DNA from: Schmidtea nova
Taxonomy: Eukaryota
Length of the DNA: 64,000 bases
Assembly (NCBI GenBank): GCA_044892505.1
Contig: CM097882.1
Location: 218,674,001 to 218,738,000, forward strand
Direction of reading: 5' to 3'
Translations under genes and position numbers: made by a program
In this document: positions 37,555 to 52,038 of the stretch, piece after piece
Position numbering within the stretch: position 1 is the first letter of the stretch
Layout of the letters: every line of letters starts with the position of its first letter
The notes under the pieces: generated by a model
Databases searched by the model: none
The model's input: the letters and a program-made list of their open reading frames with translations, nothing else
What the model was told of the DNA's origin: nothing

Positions 37555-37950
37555 TACGTGGTGCGGTCAAAAAGTTTCCGACATACCCTACTTAACAAAT
37601 TGATTTTTTAATGTAAATAGGTTTATTTTATTGGATATTTATTGACAATTTCATGTTGAAAATCTTATTGACCTAATCCATTTACTTTATCTGTTGCAGA
37701 TGGAAATGTCGTTGCAAGTGCATTCGCTGGAAAAAATTGAGTATCGCAGTGCTATTCGCTTTTGTGTTCAAGCGATAAAAACCAAACATTGAATATAAAA
37801 ACATCTCTCGATCATCCGCGATTATGAAGGAACTGAAAATTCTTACTGTAACATCCCTGCATGATTCCATCTCGATAAAATCTGGCTACATGCCAGGTGA
37901 ATACTATCGAGAGATGATTGAACTTTGAAAAATAAATTATTTTATAAGTG
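37555..37950 (+). mobile_element. Mariner-like remnant
   Basis: TA-cgtggtgcggtcaaaaagtttccgac resembles a mariner TIR, followed by EKIEYRSAIRFCV, which resembles the mariner N-terminal HTH start. Confidence 0.55.
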
Positions 37951-38386
37951 CAAATTTATTATTATGATATATAATAGAGTTAAATTTAATTCAGTTTCTG
38001 GTTGTTAACTGTGGTAATATTAAAAAATTTTGTGATTCACATGTCAACTTTATTATGCAATTTTCTAAAGTCACATAAAATAATCATAAATGAAAGAAAA
38101 TTGTTTGTAAAGCAAAAATAATTCACGCAATCAAATTGTTTTTCAATTGAAAGCCAACATTTTTAAAAGAATTTCCAACATAAGCATAATAATTGATTTA
38201 ACTGAAAAATCACTAATTTTGTTTTAGAATTCAAATATTGATTGATAGTTTGAAAAGAAATTATAGAAAGTCAATAAGTTTCTAAATTTATTTTTGTTTA
38301 ATTCATTGAATTAATAAATAAAAGTAATTCAAAAAGCTATTTATTTATGACCTGAAATCCAGTTGGAATAAAAAATCAATAAAGTT

Positions 38387-41300
38387 TTATTTTTTAAAAG
38401 CCAAAGTAACTCCATCACCCATTCTTATCATCGAAACGTCACATCTGTCATCTTCTTTTAATTTTTCATTTAATTCTCTAATAGCCAGCGTATCTTCATC
38501 CTTATAATTTAAATCTAAAACTTTTCCACTCCACAGAACCTAAATCCAATTGTTAGTTATTTTATATCGAAAATATTTTACATTGTCAATAGCAATTAAC
38601 CCATTTGGTCGTATCAATTTTAAGCAAGCTTCATAATAATCTACATAACCAGTTTTATCAGCATCAATGAATGCAAAGTCAAATGTTCCTGAATGCCCGT
38701 CAGCAATGAGTTTATCTAATTAATAATAACAATATGAAAAAATATAAAAATTTTATTTTATTTGAAATATTGTAAACGCTAGTTTAAAGGATTAAAAAAA
38801 TTAAATTGTTTGATAATTATTTTTAGAACAGTCAGCAAGAAAGGCAAAAAGTAAAGATTCAACGAGAAAGGTCAGATAAATTGTGTGGCTTAGTTAACAT
38901 GAAATATTTAGGTCGATATCTAATAGGAAACTAGTTTTGAGTTAATTTGGTCCTCGTTGGTATATACGTAAGAAACTCCATCCCATCCAGGATCGAGTCT
39001 ATTGAATTTGCAATCAAATCACCTCACAATCAGGCCATAATAAATATTAAAACTTTTGTACAACTATATTCAAATTTATGAAGATTTCATACAAATTATC
39101 CGTGTGAAATTCATCATCCTCGTGTCATCAAAAATTGGTGTGAAAAAACAATTTCATTTGCAAAGCATTTTTAAAATTTTTTTCCATTCATTTATTGCTT
39201 AATTTTGCATACGCCTCGGGATTAAACTAATGACATGGTCAGATGAAATGATAACTAAAATTATCAATTTACAGAGAAGCGCTAAAATGCTAATAAAATG
39301 TACCAAAAACAATTATGTAAATAACAAATGTCAGTCAAGATAGACATACAATATTATTTGACTGCCATACAAACGATGACGTAATTGAAATATCAAAATG
39401 CACAACAGAAGTGCGTGACTAAACAAATACATTACAATATTCATTCGTTTGGTCATGCACTTGTGTTGTGCATTTCTATATTTGAATTACGTCATCAATT
39501 TTAAGAACACATTTATGAAATAGTAGCATTTCGAAACCAATTCCAAATTTTAAAACATTGAAAATTACAATTGAAATGAAAATTACAATATATTTTAAAT
39601 TAAAATATTTCAAAACTAATTCTTACTTAATCCGTCAATAGCTGGCCCTAAGTTAAAGGATATTTTATGACGCACCCCTCCGTTATTCCAAGCCGGTTCA
39701 CAAAATTCCTTCATGTATTCATCTGTAATGTCAAAAGCATAAACCTTTCCATTTTCTGGAAGAGTCGATGCAATAGTCAATGCACTATATCCAGTGAAAA
39801 CACCTGTTAAAAATTTATATAAATAAAAAAATTTAGTAAATCGAATTATTCATTATTAATTTCAGACAAATTTTTCATTTTGAGATTAATATCACCATTG
39901 ACGAATTTTTGATTTCAGTAATAAGAAACTGAACTTTGCTTATGATAATGAGGATTTATTTTCTTGTTAAGAAATTTAGTAAAAATCATACATTTATTTT
40001 TGTAAAGATTTTGCGAATATAAATAGCTGTTTTATAGGACGCGAAATGAATGTTCATATGTGTGAATATGGGCGTAAAAAGGTTATATATATATATGTGT
40101 GTGTGTAATTATTGAAATAAAATTTAAGTCGTAACAAAAAAAGTATTTTTTGCTTCTTAAATTTGTTAGGCTAGGATTTATTTACACCAAATAAACCGAC
40201 ACATTTCCCAACTGATGGGAAGATCGGCACTTGATAAAACTTTCCTTGATGACCAAAGTAGAATAGAAAGAGTAATGGGAATAAAAATCACATCAAATAA
40301 GTTTATAAAGAAAAGTAAGTCTTATTTAATTTTTATACTTGTAAGAGTGGCAGTAATAGTGGTTGTTGAAGACGCTTTATATTTGGTGGAATTTACTTTG
40401 ACATTCAAAGGTGGATTTAGAAAATTCAAGTGATTTATTTACTCCTTATTGATGGTATTGCACGCAAAATTTATCTTTCAACTCATCTATATTTTTATTT
40501 GAAACATAAACAAATTGGGATATACATTTAACTATAATAACAGAAATGTCAGAATAAAGCGATGCATCTGTCATTATCTACAATTACTTCTTTCCTGGAA
40601 AGCTTTGATGATGATATAAAATAGGATTTGAGCAAGAATGACCCCAGTGGAAAAGTACCCTTTAATTGCTGAAGAATCAATATATACTAATGGAAAGATG
40701 ATAATTAGAATTTTTGTTCACTATATTTCTAATCGAAAAGTCGTGGAACAATCTATTAGTTGTTGGAATTTCGCTTCCATAAAAGCTATCGATATCCATG
40801 GAATAATCGTCAACAAATTGGAAAAATTTGGATTACCCACAGATTGCATGGAAGCAGTAAAATGAACGGAGATAAGAGCAAATAAGATGCATGCGGAAAA
40901 TTTCTTTCTCGTAAAAAGTTCTTTCAATCTTTTATAATTTTAATATCTTATGACTCGATATATTAAGTATATTCGGGAATTCTCGTTTTTCGAAAAAACT
41001 TATTTTTATCTTGAGAATTATTAATATAAACATTTTAACTTCAAATTTGAGGCACCTTGTTTATGCAGTAATAATATTAAATAATTATTATTCATAATAA
41101 TTTCTTAAATTTTGATTTATAATATAATTAAGGAAAGGTCTCATTAGAGCGCATCCCATTTGGCCTTATCTCACTAAAGCGCAACAAATATTTTTATCCC
41201 ATTAGAGCGCAGCTTACTAATGCGCATCCCGTTAAAGCGCAATGAAAAAGTATCATTATAGCACAACCAATAACCTAGGACCATACATATTCTATATATT

Positions 41301-42897
41301 TTACCATTAATTTTATTTAAGTTTGTGACGCAATAACTGTTGGTTCATTTACAAATATATGTAATACCAAAAAATTTACATACAAATGTGACTACAATTA
41401 AATTGTTTTGAATAATAGTTTTTTTATTTTATGCGTCCTAGTGCGTATGCGTTCTACCGGAAAATTTTCGCTCCCAAATGGGATCAGCCTTAATGAGACA
41501 ATAACAGTTTCAGCAACTCTTTGATCTGCGCTCTAGAGGGTGTAAATAATAATTAATTCTTAAATTTTGTCGCTTGATAAATTATTTGATGTTGCATTCC
41601 TTGAATTTGAATGTGAGTAGTATTATACATTTATATTTTCATAAAATTTTTAGTAAATACTGATTTATAATATTTTGAAGTAAACAAATTGAGCAGTAGT
41701 ACAAACGACAAACAATAAGAGAATGCCTGGAAGCTATTTGTAAGAAGTAGCTACATTGCACCATGCAACAATGAATTTTTTTAGTAAAGGATAGCACCAG
41801 AAGTTTATTTTATTGCACTTTAAACATAATTTAGTGCAATAATGACAATTCAGCCTGCGTCATATATATATGATTTACATGCTAGAACATGATTTTGATC
41901 TCTCTTGCTTAAACATACTTACAACCTCTGCGGAAATGATTAGATCACCTTTTAAAATTCTTGTACAAAACCCTGTTTGTCATATTATTAAAAATTTTGC
42001 AAGTACTTCGTTTAGTAAAATAATGAATTCTTCCAATTAATTATAATTTAGTATCAACTAAGTTTAATTTTCAAAAAAATTATTTTACTAAATAACATTT
42101 GATAAAAAAGATTATCGCAAAATTTGATTACGATATTCTAAATAAAATAACTTTTAAATGTATACTTGTTAAAAACATGCACAAATTAGATCTAAGTCAT
42201 TGAAACACAATGTACTTAGTAACAGTTATAACATTTAACCCTTTAAGCTCCGTAAGTGTGTTAACTCGCTCAGTATTTCCGTAAACGTCACGCCATCCAT
42301 AGAAAATGAGCAATAATTATTATTATATTATGATTTATTAGATATAGATATACTTTCAATAAAATTTCAAAAAATGGCTTAATTCTGTTTTATTTTTGCT
42401 TGAAAATACCAGCCGGTAGTACATGGCAGTACTAATAAATTACAGCGTTTAAAATGTTAATATATAAAAATAATTCTAATATGTACTTTGAAATATTAGT
42501 GAAAGTTCACGAGTGAATTTATATAAATTATAACGAATAAATAAACAAGTAAGCAAGCATATGAAGAAGTAACTAAATAGAAAATAAAAATTAATCTCCA
42601 ATAAATTATTGATTTACATTAATTTAATAATAATCAAATTGAAACTTACCGATATCTAGTGTTTTCTTTGCTCCGATTATTCTGCAAATATTTGACAAAA
42701 ATTGTAGCTCTTCGCCTGATCCAAGCATTCCACTCTGTTTCAAAGTCATTGTTTTCTAAAAACTAAGGATTAGTTTTTACAAAATAAATTCTTGTTACTT
42801 CAATTAACCACTTTTGTGTTTCAGAAAATCTGACTGAATGATCAGTGATATAATCTACAATTTTATCTAATCCCTTTCTATATGTTTTAGTAGTCAT
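38387..42897 (-). CDS. SAM-dependent O-methyltransferase, family 3 (COMTD1 / caffeoyl-CoA OMT-like), 5 exons, ~222 aa
   Basis: Exons 42799-42897, 42650-42755, 39627-39803, 38582-38715, 38387-38539 join in frame with GT-AG introns (43, 2846, 911, 42 bp). Motifs [54 protein letters not shown]. Confidence 0.93.
40480..40870 (+). pseudogene. hAT-family transposase fragment in OMT intron 2
   Basis: [24 protein letters not shown]...[14 protein letters not shown] resembles the hAT FSIIADESTD...VRY...L..LGL segment. Confidence 0.55.
41138..41499. mobile_element. MITE in OMT intron 2
   Basis: Imperfect TIRs gtctcattagagcgcatcccatttgg / ccaaatgggatcagccttaatgagac; internal repeated t(a/g)agcgca motifs. 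Confidence 0.6.
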
Positions 42898-43448
42898 TTA
42901 ATTGAAAATTTGAAGTCTAACAGTAAAAATTCCAATTTATACTCCGTAAGCTGAAATGCTAAGCTAAAAAATAGCACGAGAATATAGTTTTATTTTCAAG
43001 AAATAGTTGATTATCATTTAATTTAGAAATCTTATATGACATTTTACAAAACAAATAAATGAAAATAAATATATATATATTTACCTATGAAATCGAAATT
43101 TGAAATGAAAATGACTCATGTGCAAAGAAATTTTCAAAAATATTGGTATATTTATGTAATGTTGGCATAACTGTCAATGTGGTTTTGTTTAAATGTGTCG
43201 AAAAAGTACACACATGCAACCGCACCAATTTTAATCAAAATACATGATAATATATAAACCAATACATAGTAATAATAAAAAATTAAGGTTAAATATTGAA
43301 CGTATCATGATATAATGAACGTGTAATGATATAATGCAAAATATTTCCAGTACCCACATTATGATAATTTCGTACGTAACGCATCCGTAAAACTGTCGCC
43401 TCGAAAGTGAGAAAATAAAATACTGACGATAAAAGATTAAAGTAATTA

Positions 43449-43915
43449 TTGATTGTAAAGGATTGTACACGCCCGACATTTTGCACTGTATCAGGGTTTA
43501 TTAAGAAACACAGTTATTGGTTGCGCAGAGTGAGTGCTGGTGAAAACGTTAAAGTAGTTGGGAAAAATAAAACTAATGTGACGCACTTAGAAGTTGATCA
43601 GTCGGAGAATGAGAAACAAAAGCAGTGGATAACCAAACGCACAGTGCCGATAATATTAAAGCAGAGTAAAGGTCAACGCCTTATTAGATGATTCTAGCAC
43701 CGTTAGTTACGTAAGTAATCGGGTGGCAAATGAATTAGGGTTAGTAGGAAAATGCAAAATAATATCAATTAAAGTTATAAATGGACAAACGGAAGAAATA
43801 TCGAAGCGAAAGAGGTGTCAATGAAGCTTTTTAGTATAGATGGCCAAACATAGAGTGAGTTCAATGCACTAGCCTTGAATACAGTAGCGAGAGAGATGAG
43901 AGTAGTTGATAAAGC
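43449..43915 (+). pseudogene. BEL/Pao retrotransposon gag-end and aspartic protease fragment
   Basis: RTVPIILK, then after a frameshift KVNALLDDSSTVSYVSNRVANELGL, which matches the BEL/Pao protease pattern. Cys/His-rich segment upstream. Confidence 0.72.
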
Positions 43916-44694
43916 GTGTGACGAAATATTGTGTACTTGTTTAAAGAAATTTTGATCTAGTCTTACCCTTATGGGAATTATTGATATTAATATTAAAACA
44001 AGATCAAAGGTGAAACAAAAAGATAATTATGATATTTATTTATAATATATTTGTTAGAAGATGGATGAACCATAAATATTTTGAAATTAAAACATTACAC
44101 CATTTGACTAAATTTTATTGTTGTGATATAATTTTAATAAGTATTTTGAGTGTTGGATTAATTTTATAATTAAAACTTTATTGATGTTTTAATAAAATTA
44201 TTGGTTAATTTTATTTTTAACTATTTTGAGTGTTGAATTAAATAGTTAATGAATATCAATTAATTTAGTTTTTAATATTGGTATTACTTTTTAACTAAAA
44301 TTAATAAACATATAATGTGTTTTAAGAGTTGGATACATTTTAAATAGAAATTGTTGATTGGAATATATTTTCAATAACTACTTATTATGAGTGTTGAATT
44401 AAATTGTTAATGAATTGGAATTAATTTTTATTGAATCGCATTTTTTTGTTACAACCGCTTTAAAATCGGTTAATTATAAGAAATTAATAATTTAATTAAA
44501 TTAATTTATTGGTGAAAGATCAAATTTAATTAGTGGAACTTATAATTTATTTATAATTTATTATCATAATTATCTTTTTTCACCTTTGATCTTTTTTTAT
44601 TATTATTATCAATAATTCTCATAATGACTATAGATCAAATTTTTTTTTATAAACAATAACACAATATTTCGGCACAGCCTTTATCAAGTGTGTA
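43915..44694. mobile_element. MITE with ~120-130-bp TIRs ending ...tcaagtgtg-TA (same family as 18704-18810, 33409-33570, 35960-36185)
   Basis: 43915-44035 and 44560-44694 are inverted copies; interior has tgagtgttg(g/a)attaa repeats. Confidence 0.72.
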
Positions 44695-46324
44695 TATTAA
44701 AAAATAATTTGTCTATTTTTATAATAATTTAAATCACTAATAATTTTAAAAGCTTATTTTAATCAAAATGTTCTCTTAAATTTATCAACTAATAACTTTC
44801 TATATTTATAACCTCACTCTATCTTATTTAAAATCTAAACCTATTTATCCCTAATGTTGGATGATCAAGGGAAGCCCATCCAAGCATTTGTCCTAAATAA
44901 ATATTATAGGACAGGGCCTAACAGCTATAGGATCAACATTTACGCGGAATCCCAATACACAGAACCTTGCCACACAATAATGATTGCAACTCCCATCACA
45001 GAAATCAAGAAAATTAATATGATTGTGACATTTTATTATTGTGACATTTCTCAACAAACAATTGTTTTCTTTTAGTGTATCTTGATGTGTATTTTATGAT
45101 TTGCATGTACATATAAAATAGGTGTATCTTGATGTGTATTTTATTCCTTTTATTATTTTATTTTTTGAGTTGTATATACATATAAAACAAACAGATTAAT
45201 AAATAAAATAATTTAATTCATTTATTTAAAAATAATTAAATCTAAATAATATTTTAATATCACAGAATACGAAATAATTTGGAAATTTTAATATCGTGAT
45301 AAGACCGGAAATTAAAATATAATTATATCGCAGAGTATAGAATAATTTGAAAATTTTAATATCGCGACAAGAACGGAAATTGAAATATAATTATTTTAAT
45401 ATCATCGCAGAGTATGAAATAATTTGAAAATTAAATCTAATAATATTTTAATATCAGACCGGAAATTAAATTATTTAAAATAATCCATACCAAATTTTAC
45501 TATATAAACTGATGTAAAAATCAGTAAAGACCACCCAAAAAATTCCTAGCTTTAAAATCTAGTGTAAAATCAAGATTTAAAATTAGCGCAAATCGAGTTT
45601 TCAAGGCAATCTTGAAAAACTTATTAAAACCCGGATCAGGAATATTGGATCCACAATAAATTATTTAGCACGCACTATATAGCAATCACCCAATAGGCTC
45701 AATTACAAGAATTGATTTAAAACAATTTGTTAAATTTGTAAAATAAAGAATTGGAACTATCTCCAGTTAATTGTAAAGGAAATAAAAAGTAATTTTGTTG
45801 TATTAATAAAATTTTGAAAACAAGTTTAGCCTTTTGATATTTATATAAGAACCACCCAAATAACAAGTTGAGATTGCAAATAACAAATATTTGGAACCTC
45901 AACACTAAAAAAATCTAAAGAATGCCCATCAATTTCCTTTTCCTCTGCCATTCTATATAATATAATAAGCTTTAGTCTGAATACTCGACCCGACTATTCT
46001 GTTCAAGACCTCTAACCGATCATGAACTCGGGGCCTGTGAGCCAACAGAGCCCCTCTCAAATTAGTTTAATGGATATTCATTTAAGAAAGCATAACAAAC
46101 AAAATTTATAATCGATTATTTATTATTGATTATAAGAACAACTTAATAATTACCAAAAAATACATCATGTATTAAAAACAAAACATAAAAACATACGTGT
46201 TTGGTTCGTTCCACTTGATTGAATAAATTCAATTGACACGGGTGCTGGCTGGTAGAATTAAAATTTAAAACTGTTCTATCCAGGAAAACTACGTCAACAT
46301 TGTATGTTTTCTGTTTTCTACCGT

Positions 46325-49300
46325 CATAGAAACAAAAACAATTGACACTGATTAACCCACGATAAAGAAAACTGACGAAATAACAACACTTATTTATGTT
46401 ATGAATACCCTTTATAAAAGTTGTCTAGAGTGTTAATTTATTTAGTTATTTGTTTAGTGAGATTAGTTGAATGATGATGTATTTATTGGTATGTCGTTGA
46501 TGTTTGTTGTGGAAGATTGAAAAGCCCAACAGTCTCCAGTAAAACTTGTGTTGGGACTGTTTGGGTGAATGCAATGTATTTTTGTGTGAATGCGTGCTTG
46601 TGTATATTATGAATGTATCAACTAATTAAATAACAAGTGATTGGAATAACCAAAAACAACTTTAAAAAAACAATTTTTATTTTACCAAATATAAGAACAA
46701 GTAATCCTTACTCACTGTGAATAAATCAAATAATAAATAAATCTTCTTATTTTCTGTTTAATTTTCTTTTGTAATTTTTCTTTTTCCTTGTTAGAAATTT
46801 TTTTAAATCTTCAATTTCATTTTTTAAATCTTATTTATTATCATTTCCTTATCTCTTTGTCAATTAATATAGTTATGCTTTACTATAGGAATTGAATATT
46901 TTGATTTGAACTTTTTTTAATTATACTTTTTTATTAGTTTTCCACCATAACAATAATTTTTTTTGGAAAACAATAAGAAAACATAGCAAAGGAGAACATT
47001 AAATGGGGGGGTTTAAAACCAAAAATCAAAAATAACGCAAGTACACGAAATTATCATAATTGATAAAAAATAATAAGTGGTTCCGATCAAGCACACTTTT
47101 TTTACACAATTTACTTTTTATGTTACTTGTTTTTTTGTTTTTTTGTGATTTTGGCAGTTTTTGCAAGTTTTGACGTAGTTTTTAATTTCCGTCATCATGT
47201 TTGGCCAGATGTGTCTGTTGTGGATCATGTCGAAAGTTGCTCTATTTCCAGGATGACTGATGTTTTGTACTTTTGATATGCAGATATTCCTGAATTCTCT
47301 TGGTAGTAAAAGTCTTGGCTAACTTTCATTACTGAAATCGTACTAGACTTCGTTGATCTTTTTGATTTTCGGGCTATGCTTTGGTTATAGTTCCTTGAGG
47401 GCTTCTTCTTGTTTATTTTTAATCTGCTCCGATTCGATTAATTCGCCGAATTCGAGTGAGTTGATGTTTGCTTCTATCCTTGATAGCGTGTCTGCTGCTA
47501 TATTTGCTGTTCTTGCGATGTAAACGATTGTGCAATTGAACTGTGAGATGAAGTTCAATTGCCTTATTTGTCTTGGGGATGGGCTTTTAATATGTATTGC
47601 ATTAATTAGTGGTTTGTGGTCTGCAAGTGTTGGAAGTGTTTTATGGCATCATAGATTGCGAGCAGTTCTCGGTCGAAGGTTGAGTACCTTATTTGGTGTC
47701 TTTTTAGTTTTCTTTAAAAAGAACCCAATCGGCTGTTTGCCGCGTTCGTTTTTTTGATATAAAGTCGATCCCATTGCGAATCCTGAGCAGTTTGTAGCCA
47801 AATTGTAGTTTAGTTATGGGTTTGGGTATCCCAGTAGTGTTGCTTGGGATAAACTATTTTTAGCTTTCTCGAAGTTTTTCTTTGATTTTTCGGTCCAGAC
47901 GACTTTTACAATTATTTTTGTTTTGATAAGGTCATTTAGAGGGACCAATAGTTTGCTGCAGTTATGAATGTATGAGTGGTAAAAGTTTACCATTCCCAGA
48001 AATTGTCTGAGTTCTCTGTTTGTGTTAGGTAGTTTGAACAGTTGGACTGTGTTTATTTTCTTTTCTATTGGCTTTGTGCCTTTTTCGTTTAAGGTGTGTC
48101 CTAGGAAATTTATTAATATTTTTTGAAATTCACATTTTTGAATGTTTATTTTGAAGTTTGCGAAGTCTAGAGTCTGAAATACCTTGTCGATATCGTTTAA
48201 ATGTGTTTCTTTGTTCGGACTTGTTATTAGAATGTCGTCCAGGTATGCGATTGTGTTTTGGTTGTCTTTCCGTGTTTGATCCATGAATCGTTGGAGCGTC
48301 GCAGCTGCATTTCGTAAACCGTATGGCATTCTGTTGTATTCAAACATACTGATTAATGTTACGATTGCGGTCTTTTTAATGTCTTTTTTCCTGATTGGGA
48401 TTTGATGGTAAGTTTTTTGAAGGTCTATTTTGGAGAACTTTGCTCTTTTAAATCTATTGATTATATCTCTTATTATTGGCAGGAGGTAGTTGTTTGGCTC
48501 TGTGATCTTGTTTAACATTCTGTAATCATCACAAGTTCTCCATTCACCGTTTGCCTTTTATTTGAGCATTATCGCAGATGACTAATCCGAGTTTGAATAG
48601 GTTACTATATTGTTGTCGATTAGTTCTTTGAAGATCTCTTTCGTTATCTTTGTTTTTTCTGGGTCCAGTTGTCTGACTTTAGAGTGTACTGGATTCTCGT
48701 TTGTAATGATTGAGTGTTCGGCTGGATGTTTTGATTCTTCGTCGAATTTTGCTGGTTCGATGAGTTTGTCGTATTTCTTGAATAAAGCGGTTATCTCAGG
48801 ACCGTGATTTGTTGTTTTGCTTGATTGGTTGTTTTTTACGCCAACCTGTATTACGCCGATATCTACCTTTGACTTAGACAGAGTTATGATGTTTTGATGT
48901 TGGTGCAGTTGGCTGCTGTTACCGATTTGTCTCTGTTTTGGGGGTTTCTTTTCGAGTGGCGGGGTAATATTGAGACTACAGAACCAGTGTCGATTAGGAA
49001 TTATGTATTGCTTGTGTGCACCGCGAAAGTTTTGTTTATGTTATGAAATGTTGGTGCAATCAGTGGTGACTTTTTTTCCTGCTTTGTTTTGTTGTAGCCA
49101 CAAGGGGCGTTGCATTTGTGTGTTTTTTCGTCAAATCTGTTGTGGAAATAACAGTAGTTTTCCTTTGTGGAACTGCTCGTTGTTGGTCTCTTTGGACTTT
49201 TATTTCCAGTTCAGTCCTTCGAGTTTGTTCTGTTTCTGAATAAAATGTTGTTTCTGTAGTTGTTTTGGTTGTCATTATATCGGTTTTGCTTTTCTCTTAG

Positions 49301-52038
49301 GTCGGCAAGTTCTCTTTTGATTAAATTGTTTTCGATAACGATTTTATCTAATTTTCCGATTACTGTTTGTTATTTTGTTTTTTCATCCTTTATTTCGTTT
49401 TCGTAAGTTGTTTTGTTTTTGTTATTGTTTGAGGCACTGTAAATTGTTGGGTATGTCTCTTCATTTATTTTGTCTGCTATTTCGGCGAGTGTCTCGACGT
49501 CGGAGCTGTTGCTAACTGCCAGAATGCGCCTGATTTCGGTAGACATTGCTATAAAAACTCTTTTACCAAATTGTTCGATCCTTGGTTGGTAAGTTTGGGC
49601 TGTTAGTATTCGAGGTTTTTTGAGCTGCCTTAAAAAGTTGCTGGGTTTGATATCACCTAGCTGTGTGTTGTTTAAACACGATTCTAGCCTTTGTCTGTTG
49701 TTTATTTTGTTTTTGCTCAATAGTATGTCGTAAAGTTTATTGTAGGAATCTTCTTCTTTTGATATTTTATCTATGTGACCTGCTATTTCACTTGATTTAT
49801 TGTAGGGTAGTGCGGCTAGTATGTGGGAATATAATGTGTTTGGTGATTTGATTCCCATTAAGGCTAAAGTTAATTTTGAATAAGTCTAGCCATTTTTGTG
49901 AGGTTCCGTTTTCATCAATGAAATATGTAAGTAAGCAGCCTTTTGGGTCTGTTATTGAGTTGACTGTATGTGTGTTGCCTGGGTTGTGGTTGAATGAGTC
50001 CTCGTTTGGCATGTTAAGGTAGTTTGGGTTTAGTGTTGTTTTTTTAGTTGCTGGAAGGGCTTAATAGCCATTTGTTTGTTTAATTAATTGTTTGTTTTTA
50101 TTGTTTGTGATGTGAAAAAATTTAGGGTGTTTGAAGGTTATAGCCTACTGTGTTTGGCTAACACAGAACCAAACAAAGAATACAAATACCTTCTAACAAT
50201 AATAGAAAGGAAAACAAACTGGTTCGAGATAATTCCGTTAAAAGAAATATCAGCAGAAAACATTTGTATCAACATCAAGTTCAATTGGATAGCCCGCTAC
50301 AGTCAATCCAAAATACTGATAACGGATCAAGGGAAAAAATCCGAATCAGAACTATTCGGTACTCTGTGTACAAAATACAATATAAAACGAAACTGAACAA
50401 CCACTTACAACCTACAAGCAAACGGAAAAATCGAAAGACTGCAGAGAACATTAAAAGAAAGTATCAGAACAAAAGCAGACGACAAAAATTGGTTAACTCA
50501 ACTCCCAAGAATCTTACTAGGACTAAGAAACACACCGAGCTCAACTGAAAACGAAAGTTCAGCATACAAACCTACCTTCCCTTAAAACAAACATAAAAGA
50601 CAACGGAGAAACAAACAAACAAATAATAACAAAAAACATTGAAAACATAGAAAACAAACCAAAAGGAATATTAAATAACTAGACCAAATTCAGAGTATGA
50701 CGGCAAGATAACACTAACCACCGGTTATTTACTTATAAAAAACCATATACAAAAGGTTTCGAAGTAAAATACGAAGGCCTATTAAAATTACTCGAAATTA
50801 ACATAAACGTGGCCACAGTAAATAAAAACAACAACAAAATAAGAATAAATCTACGAAGGACAAAACCAACTCACCACAGCCCAAAACTCCAAGGCAACCC
50901 CTTACACAACGAAACCTTAACAAAGAAAAAGCACATAACATTCAACAGCAAAAACGCAATAAAAGAATTTGACAAAAACGGCATTATCACCCCATACAAA
51001 AAGCTATACAGCGAATGCCTCAAGCAATACAACACTACATAACATAGAAAACAAAAAATCTCAATGTAAAATTTTATATTTTTTTTATTGTTATGATGTA
51101 GTACATAACTATACACCAAACAAAATACATAAAAAATACATACATAAAAATTGTGTATTGTAAATATTTTATCATTGTAAATACTTTATTCCTAATGTAA
51201 AAATTGTAAAATTCACATTTGGATTTATTATGTTAACCCCCGGTTTTAACCGGGGAAGTTGTGTATTATGCTTGATCGGAACCACTTTTTATTTTTTTAT
51301 CAATTATGATAATCTCGTGTACTTGCGTTATTTTTGATTTTTGGTTTTAAACCCCCCATGTAATGTTCCCCTTTGCTATGTTTTTTATTGTTTTCCAATA
51401 AAAATTATTGTTATGGTGGAAAACTAATAAAAAAGTATAATTAAAAAAAGTTCAAATCAAAATATTCAATTTCTATAGTAAAGCATAACTATATTAATTG
51501 ACAAAGAGATAAGGAAATGATAATAAATAAGATTTAAAAAATGAAATTGAAGATTTTAAAAAATTTCTAACAAGGAAAAAGAAAAATTACAAAAGAAAAT
51601 TAAACAGAAAATAAGAAGATTTATTTATTATTTGATTTATTCACAGTGAGTAAGGATTACTTGTTCTTATATTTGGTAAAATAAAAATTGTTTTTTTAAA
51701 GTTGTTTTTGGTTATTCCAATCACTTGTTATTTAATTAGTTGATACATTCATAATATACACAAGCACGCATTCACACAAAAATACATTGCATTCACCCAA
51801 ACAGTCCCAACACAAGTTTTACTGGAGACTCTGTTGGGCTTTTCAATCTTCCACAACAAACATCAACGACATACCAATAAATTCATCATCATTCAACTAA
51901 TCTCACTAAACAAATAACTAAATAAATTAACGCTCTCGACAACTATTACAAAGGGTATTCATAACATAAATAAGTGTTGTTATTTCGTCAGTTTTCTTTA
52001 TCGTGGGTTAATCAGTGTTAATTGTTTGTGTTTCTATG
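46325..52038. mobile_element. Rearranged Gypsy element: gag-RT-RNaseH-integrase N-terminus on minus, integrase core on plus, bounded by ~780-bp inverted repeats
   Basis: Repeats 46325-47108 and 51260-52038 are near-identical reverse complements. Minus: gag (49370-50012), RT (YLDDIL, 47814-48518), RNase H (YSTFDRELLAIY, DHKPL), integrase zinc finger (SHPG...IWPNM...CKNCQ, 47110-47280). Plus: YKYLLTIIERKTNW, TDQG, QANGKIERLQRTLK (50160-50560). Confidence 0.9.

Noticed and set aside
46325-52038. DIRS-type element, suggested by the inverted long terminal repeats
   Set aside because: It encodes a DDE integrase and Gypsy-type gag and RT; no tyrosine recombinase or internal complementary region was seen.
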